From Candidatus Sumerlaeales bacterium (lineage in GTDB: Bacteria > Sumerlaeota > Sumerlaeia > Sumerlaeales > Sumerlaeaceae): a stretch of DNA of 64,000 nt. The notes below the pieces were generated by a model. The model had not been told where the DNA came from, made no database searches, and was given only the letters and a program-made list of their open reading frames with translations. The stretch lies in NCBI GenBank assembly GCA_038243585.1, contig JBBSQY010000014.1:1-64000 (forward strand), given 5' to 3'. Shown one piece after another: positions 29,586-40,036 of this stretch (its first letter is position 1; every line of letters begins with the position of its first letter). A program made the translations under genes and the position numbers.

Positions 29586-32500
29586 TTGCCAAAGTCCCAG
29601 ACATGGGAAGAATTCAATATCATCTTGCAACCGGCCGCTTTTGTTTGTGCGTCTTATCATATGCTTAATTCTCTGTCGCCTTCGGTTAATAAAAGTGAGA
29701 TTTCAGGTCGTTTTGCCGGCCGCCACAAACACGCCGGATATGAATCTCTGCCGTACCTTGTTATCTGCCTTTTAACACTGATATACAACTTCCCACTGCT
29801 CGTTCCTGGCATGGGTAATATGCAAGGCGGAGACTTCGTCATGTTCTACCTGCCGTTCCGAATCGTATCCTCAATGCAACTTCATATGGGCGATTTGCCG
29901 TTCCGTGCGGGAGAAATTTTCGGGGGTTACCCCATATGGCAGGACCCTCAGTTTTCTCTGCTCTATCCTATAAATCTCCTGTTTGGTCTGCTGGTTCCCA
30001 ACTTTGCCACTGAAACTGTGATCGATCTTTATATGCTGGTAAACCTTGTAGTCCTTTCGCTGTCCTCAGTTTTTTTTATACGATCAGCCGGAATATCCAG
30101 GATAGGAGCCGTTGCCGGAGCCTGCGTAATTTGTTTTACCGGTTTCACCGTCACTCACGGCCAGTATCTGGCAATGCTTCAAATTGAATCCATGAGTCTG
30201 CTTGCAGGCGCGTTTCTTATAAAATTTTTCCGAGGTGGCGCCACAAATTTTCGATTTCCGCTTGCGGCCGGCCTTGTACTTGCGGTCGGTAACCTGGCGG
30301 GCAATCCGCAGCCTATTGTATATTTCCATTATGGCATCGCGGCGGGAGTGGCTATACTGGCCTTCGAACTCTGGAGGCGTACAGGGCGCATTAAACCGGG
30401 GGCTCGAATGGCGGCCGGCGGTATAACTGCCTTTGTATTCGGAATAGTCCTGTCGGCCATTCATCTTGTGCCTGCGGCCTACCTTATCTCCATAAGTGCC
30501 CGTGCCGAGGTCTTGCGCGACGCCGCAGTGTGGTCGCCTATCCAGCCTAAACAACTTTCCATGATGCTTTTTCCCGGCTTTTACCAGATGCTGCCGTGGC
30601 AACTGCAATGGCCGCCTTACGCGGTTAACATCGACCTGAGTTTCACAAATTTGGTCGAAGGATATATTCCCATAGGACTATTTGCGGCGGCACTGGGACT
30701 ATTGGGGTGGTTTCAGTATTCGAAATCTGTGTTGGTCCAGGCGACTGGATGGGGCAGCGTCCTGTTGCTTGCATGCGCTGTTGGCGACGCCCTCCCGTTC
30801 TATGGGTGGCTGTACAACTTTTTTCCCGGCATTAGCCTTTTGCGTGTAGCCACGCGAATTCTCCTGGTGTTTTTTCCAGCATGGGGCATTCTAGTCGCGC
30901 TGGGCGTACAGGCATTATGGAGAAATGAACCCGGAATCTCACGATCGGCGCGCTATGTAACGTTGTTCCTTCTGTTCATTGTAAGTAGTCTGACAGCTTA
31001 TGCATTTGTCGGAAAAGAAAGCTGGATTATGGCATGGGTAGGCAACATGGCCCAGTTCGTACAGGACTATGTCTACCAGAATGCCCCTTTCTTTTTGGCC
31101 CATCTGCCTGCGATTATTTTTGCCTTAAAAATACAGATAGCGTGCGGCCTGTTTTTTCTAGCGGGCTTGATTTTGCTCTTTAGTCTTCCAGGAAAGTTTC
31201 ATCAGGTGCGGGTTATTTCCATCATTTCTTTTATGTGTGTGGAAATATTTCTCTACAGTTTCGGCTGGAATATGGCAATCAATACTCCTCCTCTCAACAC
31301 GGGAACTGTAAAAGAGTACACGAGCTATCCTCCCAATGTCAAAGGGCGTACTGTCGGTCTTCATGGCGTATACTCCGGACCCATTAATGCGGCTCTCTAC
31401 ATGGATACCCCGCCGTTAGCCAACGGCTATTCTGTTACGTATGACAAGTGGGTGGGTGCATTTCTGCCTATGGGAGAACCGCCATGGTCTGTCGGCCAAC
31501 AGCGGGTTTTCTGTGATTTATGGAATGTGACAGATCTCGCTTTTCCTCGCCGTCTTACTCAAGCGAAGGTTGCGGGCCAGCTGATGACTGTGGGTGACTG
31601 GGGGTGGAATGCCCTAGCCCAACCACCAGCCCCGGAGTCTGGCGTCACCATCGACATCGGCCGAAAGGAAATGCTGACGACTTTTACTATGGCATTTCCC
31701 ACAGATAAGCTTATCGCAAATCTTCACATCCTCGGGATAGCCGGCGAATCTGCTTCCTTTCCCGATGGCACTGAACTTGGCCGGGTTACAGTTAAAACGG
31801 AACGGGACGACGAAGAGGTCAGCGCCGTTGTTCGCCTGGGAGAACATTTCAGTGATCCCTTTTATCAGGAAAGGGTAGTTCTTGACGTAGAAAAGCCGAA
31901 ACATTCCATAGCTCCTATTGCCTTTCAGTGCACCGTACCCCATATATGGACCCGGGGGGGAATTATCTATGACGCCAAGCTTGATTTAGCGACATCTGCG
32001 CCGGTGGTCTCGGTGGAATTTACTGTAACGGCGCCTTTTCCAGTAACTTTTGGTATTAGCCATGTGGTCGCCATTTTAGAAGACGGCACTAGTGTAACCA
32101 GGGAAGCTTTTGAAACGGCAGGTTTCAAAAAATCAGAAAGCACGCAGCCGGAACTATATACTCTCCGGCGGGATAAAGCGCCGGGCTATATCCGGCTTTT
32201 CTCCACTGCGGTGGGCAGCAGCTATAAGAAGACGGAATATGTTTTGTGGAAGATTTTTAGCGGAGAAATTGATCCCCTGAAAACACTGGTGGTAGATAAG
32301 CGTCTGCTTGATGAAAAAGCTTTGCAGAAGTTGAACACACCCAGCCACGAACCTTTGCGTGGCACTGCGAAAATGATTTGGAAAAACGAAGAGAACGCGG
32401 TGATTCAAGCCGAGACAAATCAGCCCGGATGGATTTTCCTCAGCTATGCCTGGGATGCGGGGTGGTCAGCGGAAATTAATGGCTTACCTACTGACATTTA

Positions 32501-32681
32501 CCGGGCTAACGGTCCATTTATGGCCATACCGGTTAAAGCAGGTAGAAGTGAAATTGTAATGCACTACCGGCCTAAAGGTTTGATGCTGGGCGGAGCAATT
32601 AGTGCTATCGCTTTAGCTGGGTTTATCGGCGCATGGGTTTACAGTGGAAGACGCTTACGCGATAAGGTTCATCCCGCTTAG
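29586..32681 (+). CDS. YfhO-family (GT-C) polytopic membrane protein
   Basis: GDF..FYLP..GGYP..DPQFSLLYP N-terminus; C-terminal GWSAEING..RANGPFMAIPVKAG..YRP + TM; start uncertain. Confidence 0.75.
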   Translation: MPKSQTWEEFNIILQPAAFVCASYHMLNSLSPSVNKSEISGRFAGRHKHAGYESLPYLVICLLTLIYNFPLLVPGMGNMQGGDFVMFYLPFRIVSSMQLHMGDLPFRAGEIFGGYPIWQDPQFSLLYPINLLFGLLVPNFATETVIDLYMLVNLVVLSLSSVFFIRSAGISRIGAVAGACVICFTGFTVTHGQYLAMLQIESMSLLAGAFLIKFFRGGATNFRFPLAAGLVLAVGNLAGNPQPIVYFHYGIAAGVAILAFELWRRTGRIKPGARMAAGGITAFVFGIVLSAIHLVPAAYLISISARAEVLRDAAVWSPIQPKQLSMMLFPGFYQMLPWQLQWPPYAVNIDLSFTNLVEGYIPIGLFAAALGLLGWFQYSKSVLVQATGWGSVLLLACAVGDALPFYGWLYNFFPGISLLRVATRILLVFFPAWGILVALGVQALWRNEPGISRSARYVTLFLLFIVSSLTAYAFVGKESWIMAWVGNMAQFVQDYVYQNAPFFLAHLPAIIFALKIQIACGLFFLAGLILLFSLPGKFHQVRVISIISFMCVEIFLYSFGWNMAINTPPLNTGTVKEYTSYPPNVKGRTVGLHGVYSGPINAALYMDTPPLANGYSVTYDKWVGAFLPMGEPPWSVGQQRVFCDLWNVTDLAFPRRLTQAKVAGQLMTVGDWGWNALAQPPAPESGVTIDIGRKEMLTTFTMAFPTDKLIANLHILGIAGESASFPDGTELGRVTVKTERDDEEVSAVVRLGEHFSDPFYQERVVLDVEKPKHSIAPIAFQCTVPHIWTRGGIIYDAKLDLATSAPVVSVEFTVTAPFPVTFGISHVVAILEDGTSVTREAFETAGFKKSESTQPELYTLRRDKAPGYIRLFSTAVGSSYKKTEYVLWKIFSGEIDPLKTLVVDKRLLDEKALQKLNTPSHEPLRGTAKMIWKNEENAVIQAETNQPGWIFLSYAWDAGWSAEINGLPTDIYRANGPFMAIPVKAGRSEIVMHYRPKGLMLGGAISAIALAGFIGAWVYSGRRLRDKVHPA

Positions 32682-32919
32682 TAAACTTTGAACGGGGCAC
32701 TTTTGAGTCTTTCTAAAACTGGCTGGCGCGGCTAACAGCATCTCCGCGACTATAAACGTGAGCGACCCGGGACAGAGATAAGCCGAAGGCAGGGACCTCG
32801 AATAGTCTTTTTTCCTTGTCGTTCCTTAAATACCGTTGTCCTATAGATGTTTATTACTATCATTATGAAGCACCGTCCAGGTCCAGGCCCGGCGGATACC
32901 ACCATGGGAGGCTGTATAA

Positions 32920-33582
32920 ATGGGAGTATTTGAAGGCATTGTAGGCCAACTTGCAGTGGCAATGGGAGCCAGCTGGTGCGCAGGCATCAACCTGTATGCA
33001 ACAGTGGGTGTTCTTGGGTTGATGGTACATTTAGTGCCGGGATTTCAGTTGCCGCCTGGCATGGAAGTGCTGGCAAGCCCCTGGGTTATCGCTCCGGCTG
33101 TGACCTTATATTGTGTTGAATTTTTTGCGGACAAAATTCCTGCGGTTGATTCCGCCTGGGATACCATTCATACTTTTATCCGAGTGCCTGCGGGCGCGGC
33201 TCTGGCGGCTGCGGCATTTGTGAATGTACCCCCCGAAGTGCAAGTAGGCGCAGCCCTGTTGGGTGGAACGCTGGCGCTGGGAAGCCATACGGCTAAGGCA
33301 ACCACGCGGGTAGCGGCTCACGGTACCGGAACGAGCGCGCTGGTGAGTCCAGCGGCAAGTCTGGTGGAAGACGGACTGGTGATCGCAACCATTGGAATGC
33401 TGGCGGCCAATCCGCTACTGGCGCTCGGAATGACAGTGGCCATGATTATTGCCGCGGGCTTTTTGCTGTTTTTCCTTTGGAATATTACACGGCGAATTTT
33501 CCGCACTTTAACCGCCAGAAATCCTGTATACGAATACGAGCAGACGCCACCGGCTCCGCCGCAGATACAGCGCATTGTATAA
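32920..33582 (+). CDS. DUF4126 family membrane protein
   Basis: GINLYAT, EFFADKIPAVDSAWD, SLVEDG motifs. Confidence 0.85.
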   Translation: MGVFEGIVGQLAVAMGASWCAGINLYATVGVLGLMVHLVPGFQLPPGMEVLASPWVIAPAVTLYCVEFFADKIPAVDSAWDTIHTFIRVPAGAALAAAAFVNVPPEVQVGAALLGGTLALGSHTAKATTRVAAHGTGTSALVSPAASLVEDGLVIATIGMLAANPLLALGMTVAMIIAAGFLLFFLWNITRRIFRTLTARNPVYEYEQTPPAPPQIQRIV

Positions 33583-33602
33583 GTTCCCTTTTTAAAATAG
33601 CA

Positions 33603-33637
33603 GTGTGGATGCGCAGTTGACGCCTGCGCATCCACAC
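33603..33637. terminator. Perfect 14-bp-stem hairpin after DUF4126 gene
   Basis: gtgtggatgcgcag-ttgacgc-ctgcgcatccacac; no U-tail. Confidence 0.45.
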
Positions 33638-33731
33638 CGAGCTTCCATTCCCCGCTTCCGCTTTAAGTTGAATTTTCCTGAAAACCCATTGTTTTGCCCT
33701 AACCGGTAGAAGAATTCCAAGGTAGAGATTA

Positions 33732-33887
33732 ATGAAACGTACTTTTCAACCCAGCCTGACCAAACGATATAACAAGCACGGCTTCCGCGAGCGCATGTCC
33801 ACGAAGAACGGACGCCTTGTGTTAAAGCGTCGCCGCGCCAAGGGCCGCAAGAAGCTCACGGTTTCCGATTCATGGAGCTCACGGTAG
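33732..33887 (+). CDS. rpmH: 50S ribosomal protein L34 (not in supplied ORF track)
   Basis: Translated by hand: [51 protein letters not shown]; upstream of rnpA. Confidence 0.96.
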   Translation: MKRTFQPSLTKRYNKHGFRERMSTKNGRLVLKRRRAKGRKKLTVSDSWSSR

Positions 33888-33944
33888 TACAACCTGCTCC
33901 GCATAAGGCTTATGTAGTAAGCCTGCGGTGCGTTTGACACTTCC

Positions 33945-34394
33945 ATGACTCAGTCTTTAGAAAAAGCGGCCTCGCGCCGCTTTTTTTTTCGTAAAGAAAA
34001 CCGTGTCCTTAAGCGGGCCGACTTCAAAAAGGTGTACAATAGCGGAAGGCCATGGCGTCGGTCGCTGATCCATGTCTTTATTTTGGAACCAGCCGTTAAG
34101 TCTGATGACGAGGCGCTTTCTGTTGTCCCGCCGCCTACCCGTCTAGGGATCACCGCGACTAAGAAGGCCGGCAACGCTGTCCATCGGAACCGCGCCCGGC
34201 GCGTTGTCCGAGAATCTTATCGGCATCTGCTGCCTGATCTGAAGCCCGGCTACACAATCATCGTCAACACCATGCGCCTGGCCACCACTGCGCCCCAGAC
34301 GAAGGTGGATGCTCAGCTGAAAGACGTCCTGCGTCAGGCGGGGGTGTTCGCCGATGCAGTCGATACCCAACCGATGCCTGAAACTCGCCCCTGA
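33945..34394 (+). CDS. rnpA: Ribonuclease P protein component
   Basis: RLGITATKKAGNAVHRNRARR (RNR motif); follows rpmH. Confidence 0.93.
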   Translation: MTQSLEKAASRRFFFRKENRVLKRADFKKVYNSGRPWRRSLIHVFILEPAVKSDDEALSVVPPPTRLGITATKKAGNAVHRNRARRVVRESYRHLLPDLKPGYTIIVNTMRLATTAPQTKVDAQLKDVLRQAGVFADAVDTQPMPETRP

Positions 34395-34478
34395 ACGTTT
34401 TTCGCCGTTCGGCGTATGGGTTTGGGGCTGGTCGTTGCCTCCGCGCCAATTTCAAATCAATACCCTCTGAGGATTGCC

Positions 34479-35222
34479 ATGTATAAACTCGTACTGATAC
34501 GCCACGGCCAAAGCACGTGGAACCTTGAAAATCGATTCACGGGCTGGACAGATGTAGACCTGACTGATCTTGGCCGCGAAGAAGCCAAAAAAGCCGGAGA
34601 ACTCATGAAGGCGGAGGGTTTCACTTTCGACGTCGCATATACGTCTGTCCTCAAACGCGCCATTCGCACCCTTTGGATCGCGCTGGACGAACTGGATCTT
34701 ATGTGGATTCCCGTAGAGAAATCATGGCGTCTGAATGAGCGCCACTATGGTTCTCTCCAAGGCCTGAACAAGTCAGAGACGGCAGAAAAATTTGGCAACG
34801 ACCAGGTCCATATCTGGCGTCGCAGCTATGATGTGCCACCGACCCCATTGGACGCTGATGATGAGCGCCATCCCGGTAACGATCCACGCTACAAGGATTT
34901 GCCCGCAGGAGACTTGCCCGCCACCGAATGTCTTAAGGACACGGTTGATCGGTTTATGCCCTACTGGCTTGAAACTATCGCGCCGGCAGTCAGTTCCGGA
35001 AAAAAAGTCATCGTAGCCGCCCACGGCAACACCATCCGCGCCCTGGTAAAATACCTGGATAATATCTCAGAAGCCGACATCGCTGATCTCAACATCCCTA
35101 CGGGCATCCCGCTTGTATACGAACTGGACGCCGACCTTAAGCCCATCAAGAGCTACTACCTGGGCGACGCCGAAGCAGCAGCCGCAGCAGCAGCAGCCGT
35201 AGCGAACCAGGCCAAAGCCTAA
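34479..35222 (+). CDS. gpmA: 2,3-bisphosphoglycerate-dependent phosphoglycerate mutase
   Basis: LIRHGQS, LNERHYG, AHGNT; ATG 34479 with GAGG RBS. Confidence 0.96.
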   Translation: MYKLVLIRHGQSTWNLENRFTGWTDVDLTDLGREEAKKAGELMKAEGFTFDVAYTSVLKRAIRTLWIALDELDLMWIPVEKSWRLNERHYGSLQGLNKSETAEKFGNDQVHIWRRSYDVPPTPLDADDERHPGNDPRYKDLPAGDLPATECLKDTVDRFMPYWLETIAPAVSSGKKVIVAAHGNTIRALVKYLDNISEADIADLNIPTGIPLVYELDADLKPIKSYYLGDAEAAAAAAAAVANQAKA

Positions 35223-35394
35223 AAAAGAAACACTCAACGCGAGGCGCGAATACACGGAGCCACGCTGAGCGCCTGATGCAATATGACGGCATCAAAGGTT
35301 CGGCTGGTGGATATTTCGCAGGAATGTGCCTGTGGGTCCGTGTCTCCGCGTTATTGCATCACCAACAAACATTCAACCCTATAGGAGCAACACC

Positions 35395-36120
35395 ATGCGC
35401 GTAGACGGACGCGGTATTGACGAAAAGCGCACCCTGAAACTGACGCCCGGTTACGCGAAATACGCGGAAGGCAGCGTGCTGATAGAAGTTGGCGAAACGG
35501 TGGTTCTATGCACCGCCACGGTGGAAAACCGCGTGCCGCCCCACCTGCGCGATCAGGCGACCGGCTGGGTCACGGCGGAGTATGCCATGCTGCCGCGTTC
35601 CAGCAAACAGCGCATTCAGCGTGAAGCCACCAAGGGCAAACAGGGCGGGCGCACGCATGAGATTCAGCGTCTGATCGGCCGCAGCCTGCGCACCGTCACA
35701 GATTTGCGCCGTCTGGGCGAACGCACGATCATGGTCGATTGCGATGTAATACAGGCCGACGGCGGCACCCGCACCGCCGCTATCACTGGTGGATTTATCG
35801 CCTTGGCCATGGCCGTTCAGCATCTCAAAAAACTGAGCCTCGTCGGTTCCAACATTCTCTCCGATTACGTCGCCGCCACCAGCATGGGCGTGGTCGAGGG
35901 TCGCGCTGTCCTCGATCTTAACTACATCGAAGACAGCCAGGCCGAGGTAGACATGAACCTTGTGATGACCGGCAATGGCAACTTCGTCGAGATACAGGGT
36001 ACCGCCGAAAAAACGGCGTTTGGCGACGATATGCTTGCGGAAATGCTCGTCCTCGGACGCAAAGGGATCAACGAACTGATAGCGGCGCAAAAAGAAATCA
36101 TCGGCGACACGCTGCCATAA
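35395..36120 (+). CDS. rph: Ribonuclease PH
   Basis: [39 protein letters not shown]. Confidence 0.96.
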   Translation: MRVDGRGIDEKRTLKLTPGYAKYAEGSVLIEVGETVVLCTATVENRVPPHLRDQATGWVTAEYAMLPRSSKQRIQREATKGKQGGRTHEIQRLIGRSLRTVTDLRRLGERTIMVDCDVIQADGGTRTAAITGGFIALAMAVQHLKKLSLVGSNILSDYVAATSMGVVEGRAVLDLNYIEDSQAEVDMNLVMTGNGNFVEIQGTAEKTAFGDDMLAEMLVLGRKGINELIAAQKEIIGDTLP

Positions 36121-36263
36121 ATCTTGAACCTATATTTTTAATGTCGCCAGCGTCATTTCCTCGTGGACAAGACTGCCACCGCCTGAACCCTGAATTTCAG
36201 GAATTCATCGGCAAAAACCATATTGTGATACAACCACGCTAACTCAACTGACCCTCGGAGCTG

Positions 36264-37115
36264 TTATGGTTTGCGTCGATTAAGATAAATCAACAGCAGC
36301 CACCCGGCAAGGCTTGCCACTGCCAGCATTACGACAGGTGCCACTAATATCACAGTCCGCTCGCGCTGATCATAGGGTGCCTGGAAATTTTTCAATGTTA
36401 CATCTTCCGGGTATACAAGAGCCGCGACCAGCGACCGCCCGTACATCCGCCAGAGCTTCTCGGGCGAATTCTCATGCGCCTTGCCTGGAAACTCCCAGGT
36501 AATAATCGGAATCCCGAGATCGCCGCCGGCGTATGAACCAAGGGATCCGGGGCGAGAGCCGATCCGCTTCGCCGGATGGATCGTATGCCGCGCCATGTGC
36601 TCTGCCAGGGGCTGCCCTGGCCCGTCCCAATCCACGATCGCCCAGGGCTGATGAGCCACCACGATCCGCACCGGATTAAACTTATGAAGCAGCTCAAATA
36701 TCGCTTTCGATTCCGGCTCCGAAAGCCCGCTCGAGCCATACTTGGCATTGTTTTTCCGGTTCGTCGCCGGAAAATTCCTGTTCAAATCAACCCCGTTTAT
36801 GTTGCCCCGGGTGTTCTTCGCATAGCCGTCCGGATTCATTACGGGAATGATTACCGCCTTGTACCCCTCCAAAAACTCCGGCCGTTCACCCAGGTAATCC
36901 ATCAGGGTGCGCATCAGCGGCGTGCCCGCGTGTTCATTGCCATGGATGGTTGCGATAAACAATACAACCTGCTTCCCCTCCCCCATTACATAATATTGGA
37001 TCGGCCGCCCCTCAACGGATTTACCCGCCAGCAGCGCCGCAGGCGCTCGTCCTTCGGACTGGCAACCCGCCAGCATTAGCATTGCGACAAAAAGTTTATA
37101 AATTTTAGGAATCAT
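36264..37115 (-). CDS. M14 zinc carboxypeptidase, MpaA-like, with lipobox and C-terminal TM helix
   Basis: LAGC lipobox, IHGNE, NPDG, DLNRNF, third His in VAHQP, hydrophobic C-terminus. Confidence 0.8.
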   Translation of the reverse strand: MIPKIYKLFVAMLMLAGCQSEGRAPAALLAGKSVEGRPIQYYVMGEGKQVVLFIATIHGNEHAGTPLMRTLMDYLGERPEFLEGYKAVIIPVMNPDGYAKNTRGNINGVDLNRNFPATNRKNNAKYGSSGLSEPESKAIFELLHKFNPVRIVVAHQPWAIVDWDGPGQPLAEHMARHTIHPAKRIGSRPGSLGSYAGGDLGIPIITWEFPGKAHENSPEKLWRMYGRSLVAALVYPEDVTLKNFQAPYDQRERTVILVAPVVMLAVASLAGWLLLIYLNRRKP

Positions 37116-37218
37116 TCGCCTACTGCCTCTTTCTCATGGTCCGCACGCAAACACTATCTGTCGGCCTGTTAAGGCACGTGAATTGCGCTTGTAAGGTGAA
37201 AAACCAACGGAGCAAATC

Positions 37219-37710
37219 ATGATACAGACTCGCGACGAATCCATAAAAAAACTGGGCCATCTAATTAAAGACGTACGAATGGCCATGCTCACAACCGTAG
37301 ATAACGGCGTTCTGCGGTCTCGCCCCATGGCCACCCAGCAGACGGATTTTGACGGAACTCTCTGGTTTATGACCGGCTCGGACACCCATAAAATGGCTGA
37401 GATTAAAGCCGATAGCCGTGTTAACGTGTCTTATAGCGACCCGTCAGAAAATACTTACGTATCGGTCTCCGGGTCTGCTTCCATCGTCACGGATCGCGCC
37501 AAAATCGAAGAGCTTTGGAACCCCATCTACAAGGCATGGTTCCCCGAAGGCGTGGACGATCCCACCATCTGCCTGTTGAAAGTCCACGTGGAACAGGCCG
37601 AATATTGGGATTCCACCTCATCGACTCTTGTCCAGCTCGCTGGTTTTATTAAAGCGGTTGTTACTGGCAAAGCAGCAGATGGCGGCGAGAACGAGAAGAT
37701 AAACCTTTAA
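37219..37710 (+). CDS. General stress protein 26 / pyridoxamine 5'-phosphate oxidase-like
   Basis: AMLTT..RSRPM, LWF, YVSVSG, AWFPEG..DP, AEYWD. Confidence 0.85.
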   Translation: MIQTRDESIKKLGHLIKDVRMAMLTTVDNGVLRSRPMATQQTDFDGTLWFMTGSDTHKMAEIKADSRVNVSYSDPSENTYVSVSGSASIVTDRAKIEELWNPIYKAWFPEGVDDPTICLLKVHVEQAEYWDSTSSTLVQLAGFIKAVVTGKAADGGENEKINL

Positions 37711-37830
37711 CCTGTATGCGCAGGCGGACGGCCCTCTTCGCGGCGATATTAAGTTTCATTGCCCCATTGGCGAAGGGCGTTCGCCTGAGTTGGTACGTGT
37801 GCGTATAACGCGAAAGGTCACACCTCACAA

Positions 37831-38931
37831 ATGCCGCTGCAAGCTGGAATCGTCGGACTCCCGAATGTCGGAAAAAGCACCCTGTTTAACGCCATTACAT
37901 CCGCAAAGGCAGAAGCTGCAAACTACCCGTTCTGCACCATCGAACCCAATGTCGGCGTCGTCGAGGTGCCGGATAAGCGGCTGGACGTCTTGACGACGTT
38001 GGTTAAACCACAGAAAACTATACCGACCACCTTTGAGTTTGTAGACATCGCCGGCCTTGTAAAAGGTGCCTCCACGGGAGAGGGGCTGGGCAACCAGTTT
38101 CTCGCTCATATCCGCGAGGTCGACGCCATCATTCAAGTCGTCCGCTGCTTTGAGGACGACGACATCGTCCATGTTTCCGGCAAAATTGACCCTCTCGACG
38201 ACATCGAAACCATCAATCTCGAACTTATCTTTGCGGACATTGCTACCCTCGAAAGACGCATCGAGCGCACCGCCAAGGCCGTCCGCAGTGACAAAAAACT
38301 CGAAGCTGAACTAGAACTCCAGAAACGCCTCCTGGCCTTTCTCCAGACTGGAAAGCTTGCCTCCCGTATGACGGCCACCGACGAAGAGGCCATCCTTATC
38401 CAGACCTTCCAGCTCCTCACCGCGAAGCCCATGCTCTTCTGCTGCAACGTGGCAGAAAGCGAAGCCGCAAACGCCGACGCCAACCCGCATGTCCAGAAGG
38501 TTCGAGCCTACGCCGCCGCTGAAGGCTGGGACGCTGTCGCCATCTCAGCCCAGGTCGAGTCTGAAATTGCACTTTTGGATAAAGACGAAAAAGAAATGTT
38601 TCTCGACGAGCTCGGGCTGAAAGAAAGCGGTCTTGACCGCCTCATACAGGCTGCCTACCATCTGCTCGGTCTCGCGACTTACCTCACTGCCGGCGAAAAG
38701 GAAGTCCGTGCATGGACGTTCCACCGCGGCTGGAAAGCGCCACAGTGCGCCGGCGTCATCCACACGGATTTCGAAAAACTCTTTATCCGCGCAGAGGTCG
38801 TAGCCTATGATGATTTGTTAGCCGCCGGCACAATGACCGCCGCAAAAGCCGCCGGGAAAGTTCGTGTGGAAGGCAAAGAATACGACATGAAAGACGGAGA
38901 CGTCTGCAACTTCCGCATAGGCGCCAGCTAA
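37831..38931 (+). CDS. ychF: Ribosome-binding ATPase YchF
   Basis: GLPNVGKST, NYPFCTIEPN, DIAGLV, C-terminal TGS domain. Confidence 0.97.
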   Translation: MPLQAGIVGLPNVGKSTLFNAITSAKAEAANYPFCTIEPNVGVVEVPDKRLDVLTTLVKPQKTIPTTFEFVDIAGLVKGASTGEGLGNQFLAHIREVDAIIQVVRCFEDDDIVHVSGKIDPLDDIETINLELIFADIATLERRIERTAKAVRSDKKLEAELELQKRLLAFLQTGKLASRMTATDEEAILIQTFQLLTAKPMLFCCNVAESEAANADANPHVQKVRAYAAAEGWDAVAISAQVESEIALLDKDEKEMFLDELGLKESGLDRLIQAAYHLLGLATYLTAGEKEVRAWTFHRGWKAPQCAGVIHTDFEKLFIRAEVVAYDDLLAAGTMTAAKAAGKVRVEGKEYDMKDGDVCNFRIGAS

Positions 38932-38956
38932 AGCCGGGGCTGGTTGTGACTTTATT

Positions 38957-39102
38957 GCACCCCTTCAGGGTGCGATGTTAATAGAATTCAACCCAGGATT
39001 TCATCCTGGGCTATCTTATTTACCCCTTCGGGGAAGAAGCGCATTGGGTTAATTTGTTACCCCATCGGATAAGGTACGCATAATGTAGCCCCTGTCGGGG
39101 GG
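38957..39102. repeat. REP-like tripartite palindromic element
   Basis: gcaccc-cttca-gggtgc, cccagga-tttca-tcctggg, cccc-ttc-gggg hairpins; same layout as 6088..6170. Confidence 0.55.
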
Positions 39103-39204
39103 AGGATGTAAACAACACTATTCCTTCAATTCCAACATCTATATCCCTGACAACTCAGCCGATTAGCGCGTTCCTTATTTCGGGAAGGCCCCGTGGTTCA
39201 GAGT

Positions 39205-39813
39205 CTATTTTTTGCCGAGCAGGAGTTCTATCTGAGCGTTTAGCAGGGGATCTTCCGGTGTAACTTTGCTTTCGTAGTGGGCGATTACGTTGCCTTCGCG
39301 GTCGACCAGGAACTTGTTAAAATTCCAGGCCACTTCGCCTTTACCGGGATGATCGCCTTCGGTCAGGTATTTGTATAAGGGGGCCTTATCCTCGCCGACA
39401 ACCGTGGTTTTAGCAAATAGCGGAAAGCTCACGCCGAAACGGCCCTGACAGAATTCAAGGATTTCCTCTTCGGTGCCTGGCTCCTGCTCTTTAAAGTCGT
39501 TGCTGGGAAATCCAAGAACGACCAGGCCGCGGGGCCCAAACTTTTCGTTCAGGGCCTGAAGTCCCTCATATTGTTTTGTATAGCCGCACTTGCTGGCGAC
39601 GTTAACGATCAGCATGACTTTTCCACGATATGGTGCCAGGGTGGTGGCACTGGTTCCGCCATCTGCATCCATAGGATCAACGGGTATGGAATAGATTGCT
39701 CCGGGGGTGGCTGTCGTTTGTGCTTCGGCGGTTGCTGTAGTCTGGGCTCCAGCGACGCCTGATATCGCGCCCAACACGGCGGCGCATAGGATTCCTACGA
39801 ACTTCTTCACCAC
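39205..39813 (-). CDS. Glutathione peroxidase-family protein with signal peptide
   Basis: NVASKCGYT, GFPSNDF..QEPG, WNFNKFLV; GTG start after GGGAG; signal peptide ending AGA. Confidence 0.88.
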   Translation of the reverse strand: MVKKFVGILCAAVLGAISGVAGAQTTATAEAQTTATPGAIYSIPVDPMDADGGTSATTLAPYRGKVMLIVNVASKCGYTKQYEGLQALNEKFGPRGLVVLGFPSNDFKEQEPGTEEEILEFCQGRFGVSFPLFAKTTVVGEDKAPLYKYLTEGDHPGKGEVAWNFNKFLVDREGNVIAHYESKVTPEDPLLNAQIELLLGKK

Positions 39814-39918
39814 GAGTAATCTCCCTGCAAAATTGAGGTTATGTACGGTTAGACGCTTTTGCTTACACCTCAGTTGCGGGTTTGTTGCAAATGGCAATGA
39901 TTGCCGGTTCTTATCATT

Positions 39919-39953
39919 AAAAAGGAGCCGGAGTCTTTCAGGAATCCGGCTCC
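39919..39953 (-). terminator. Terminator downstream of pyrR-like gene
   Basis: Minus strand ggagccgga...tccggctccttttt. Confidence 0.75.
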
Positions 39954-40036
39954 AAATACTGTTTCAGGCTCGACGGGTTGGTCTCGCGTGGCCTGAACTA
40001 ACTATATAAAGGGAGCAAAAGCGGGTACGATCAGGA

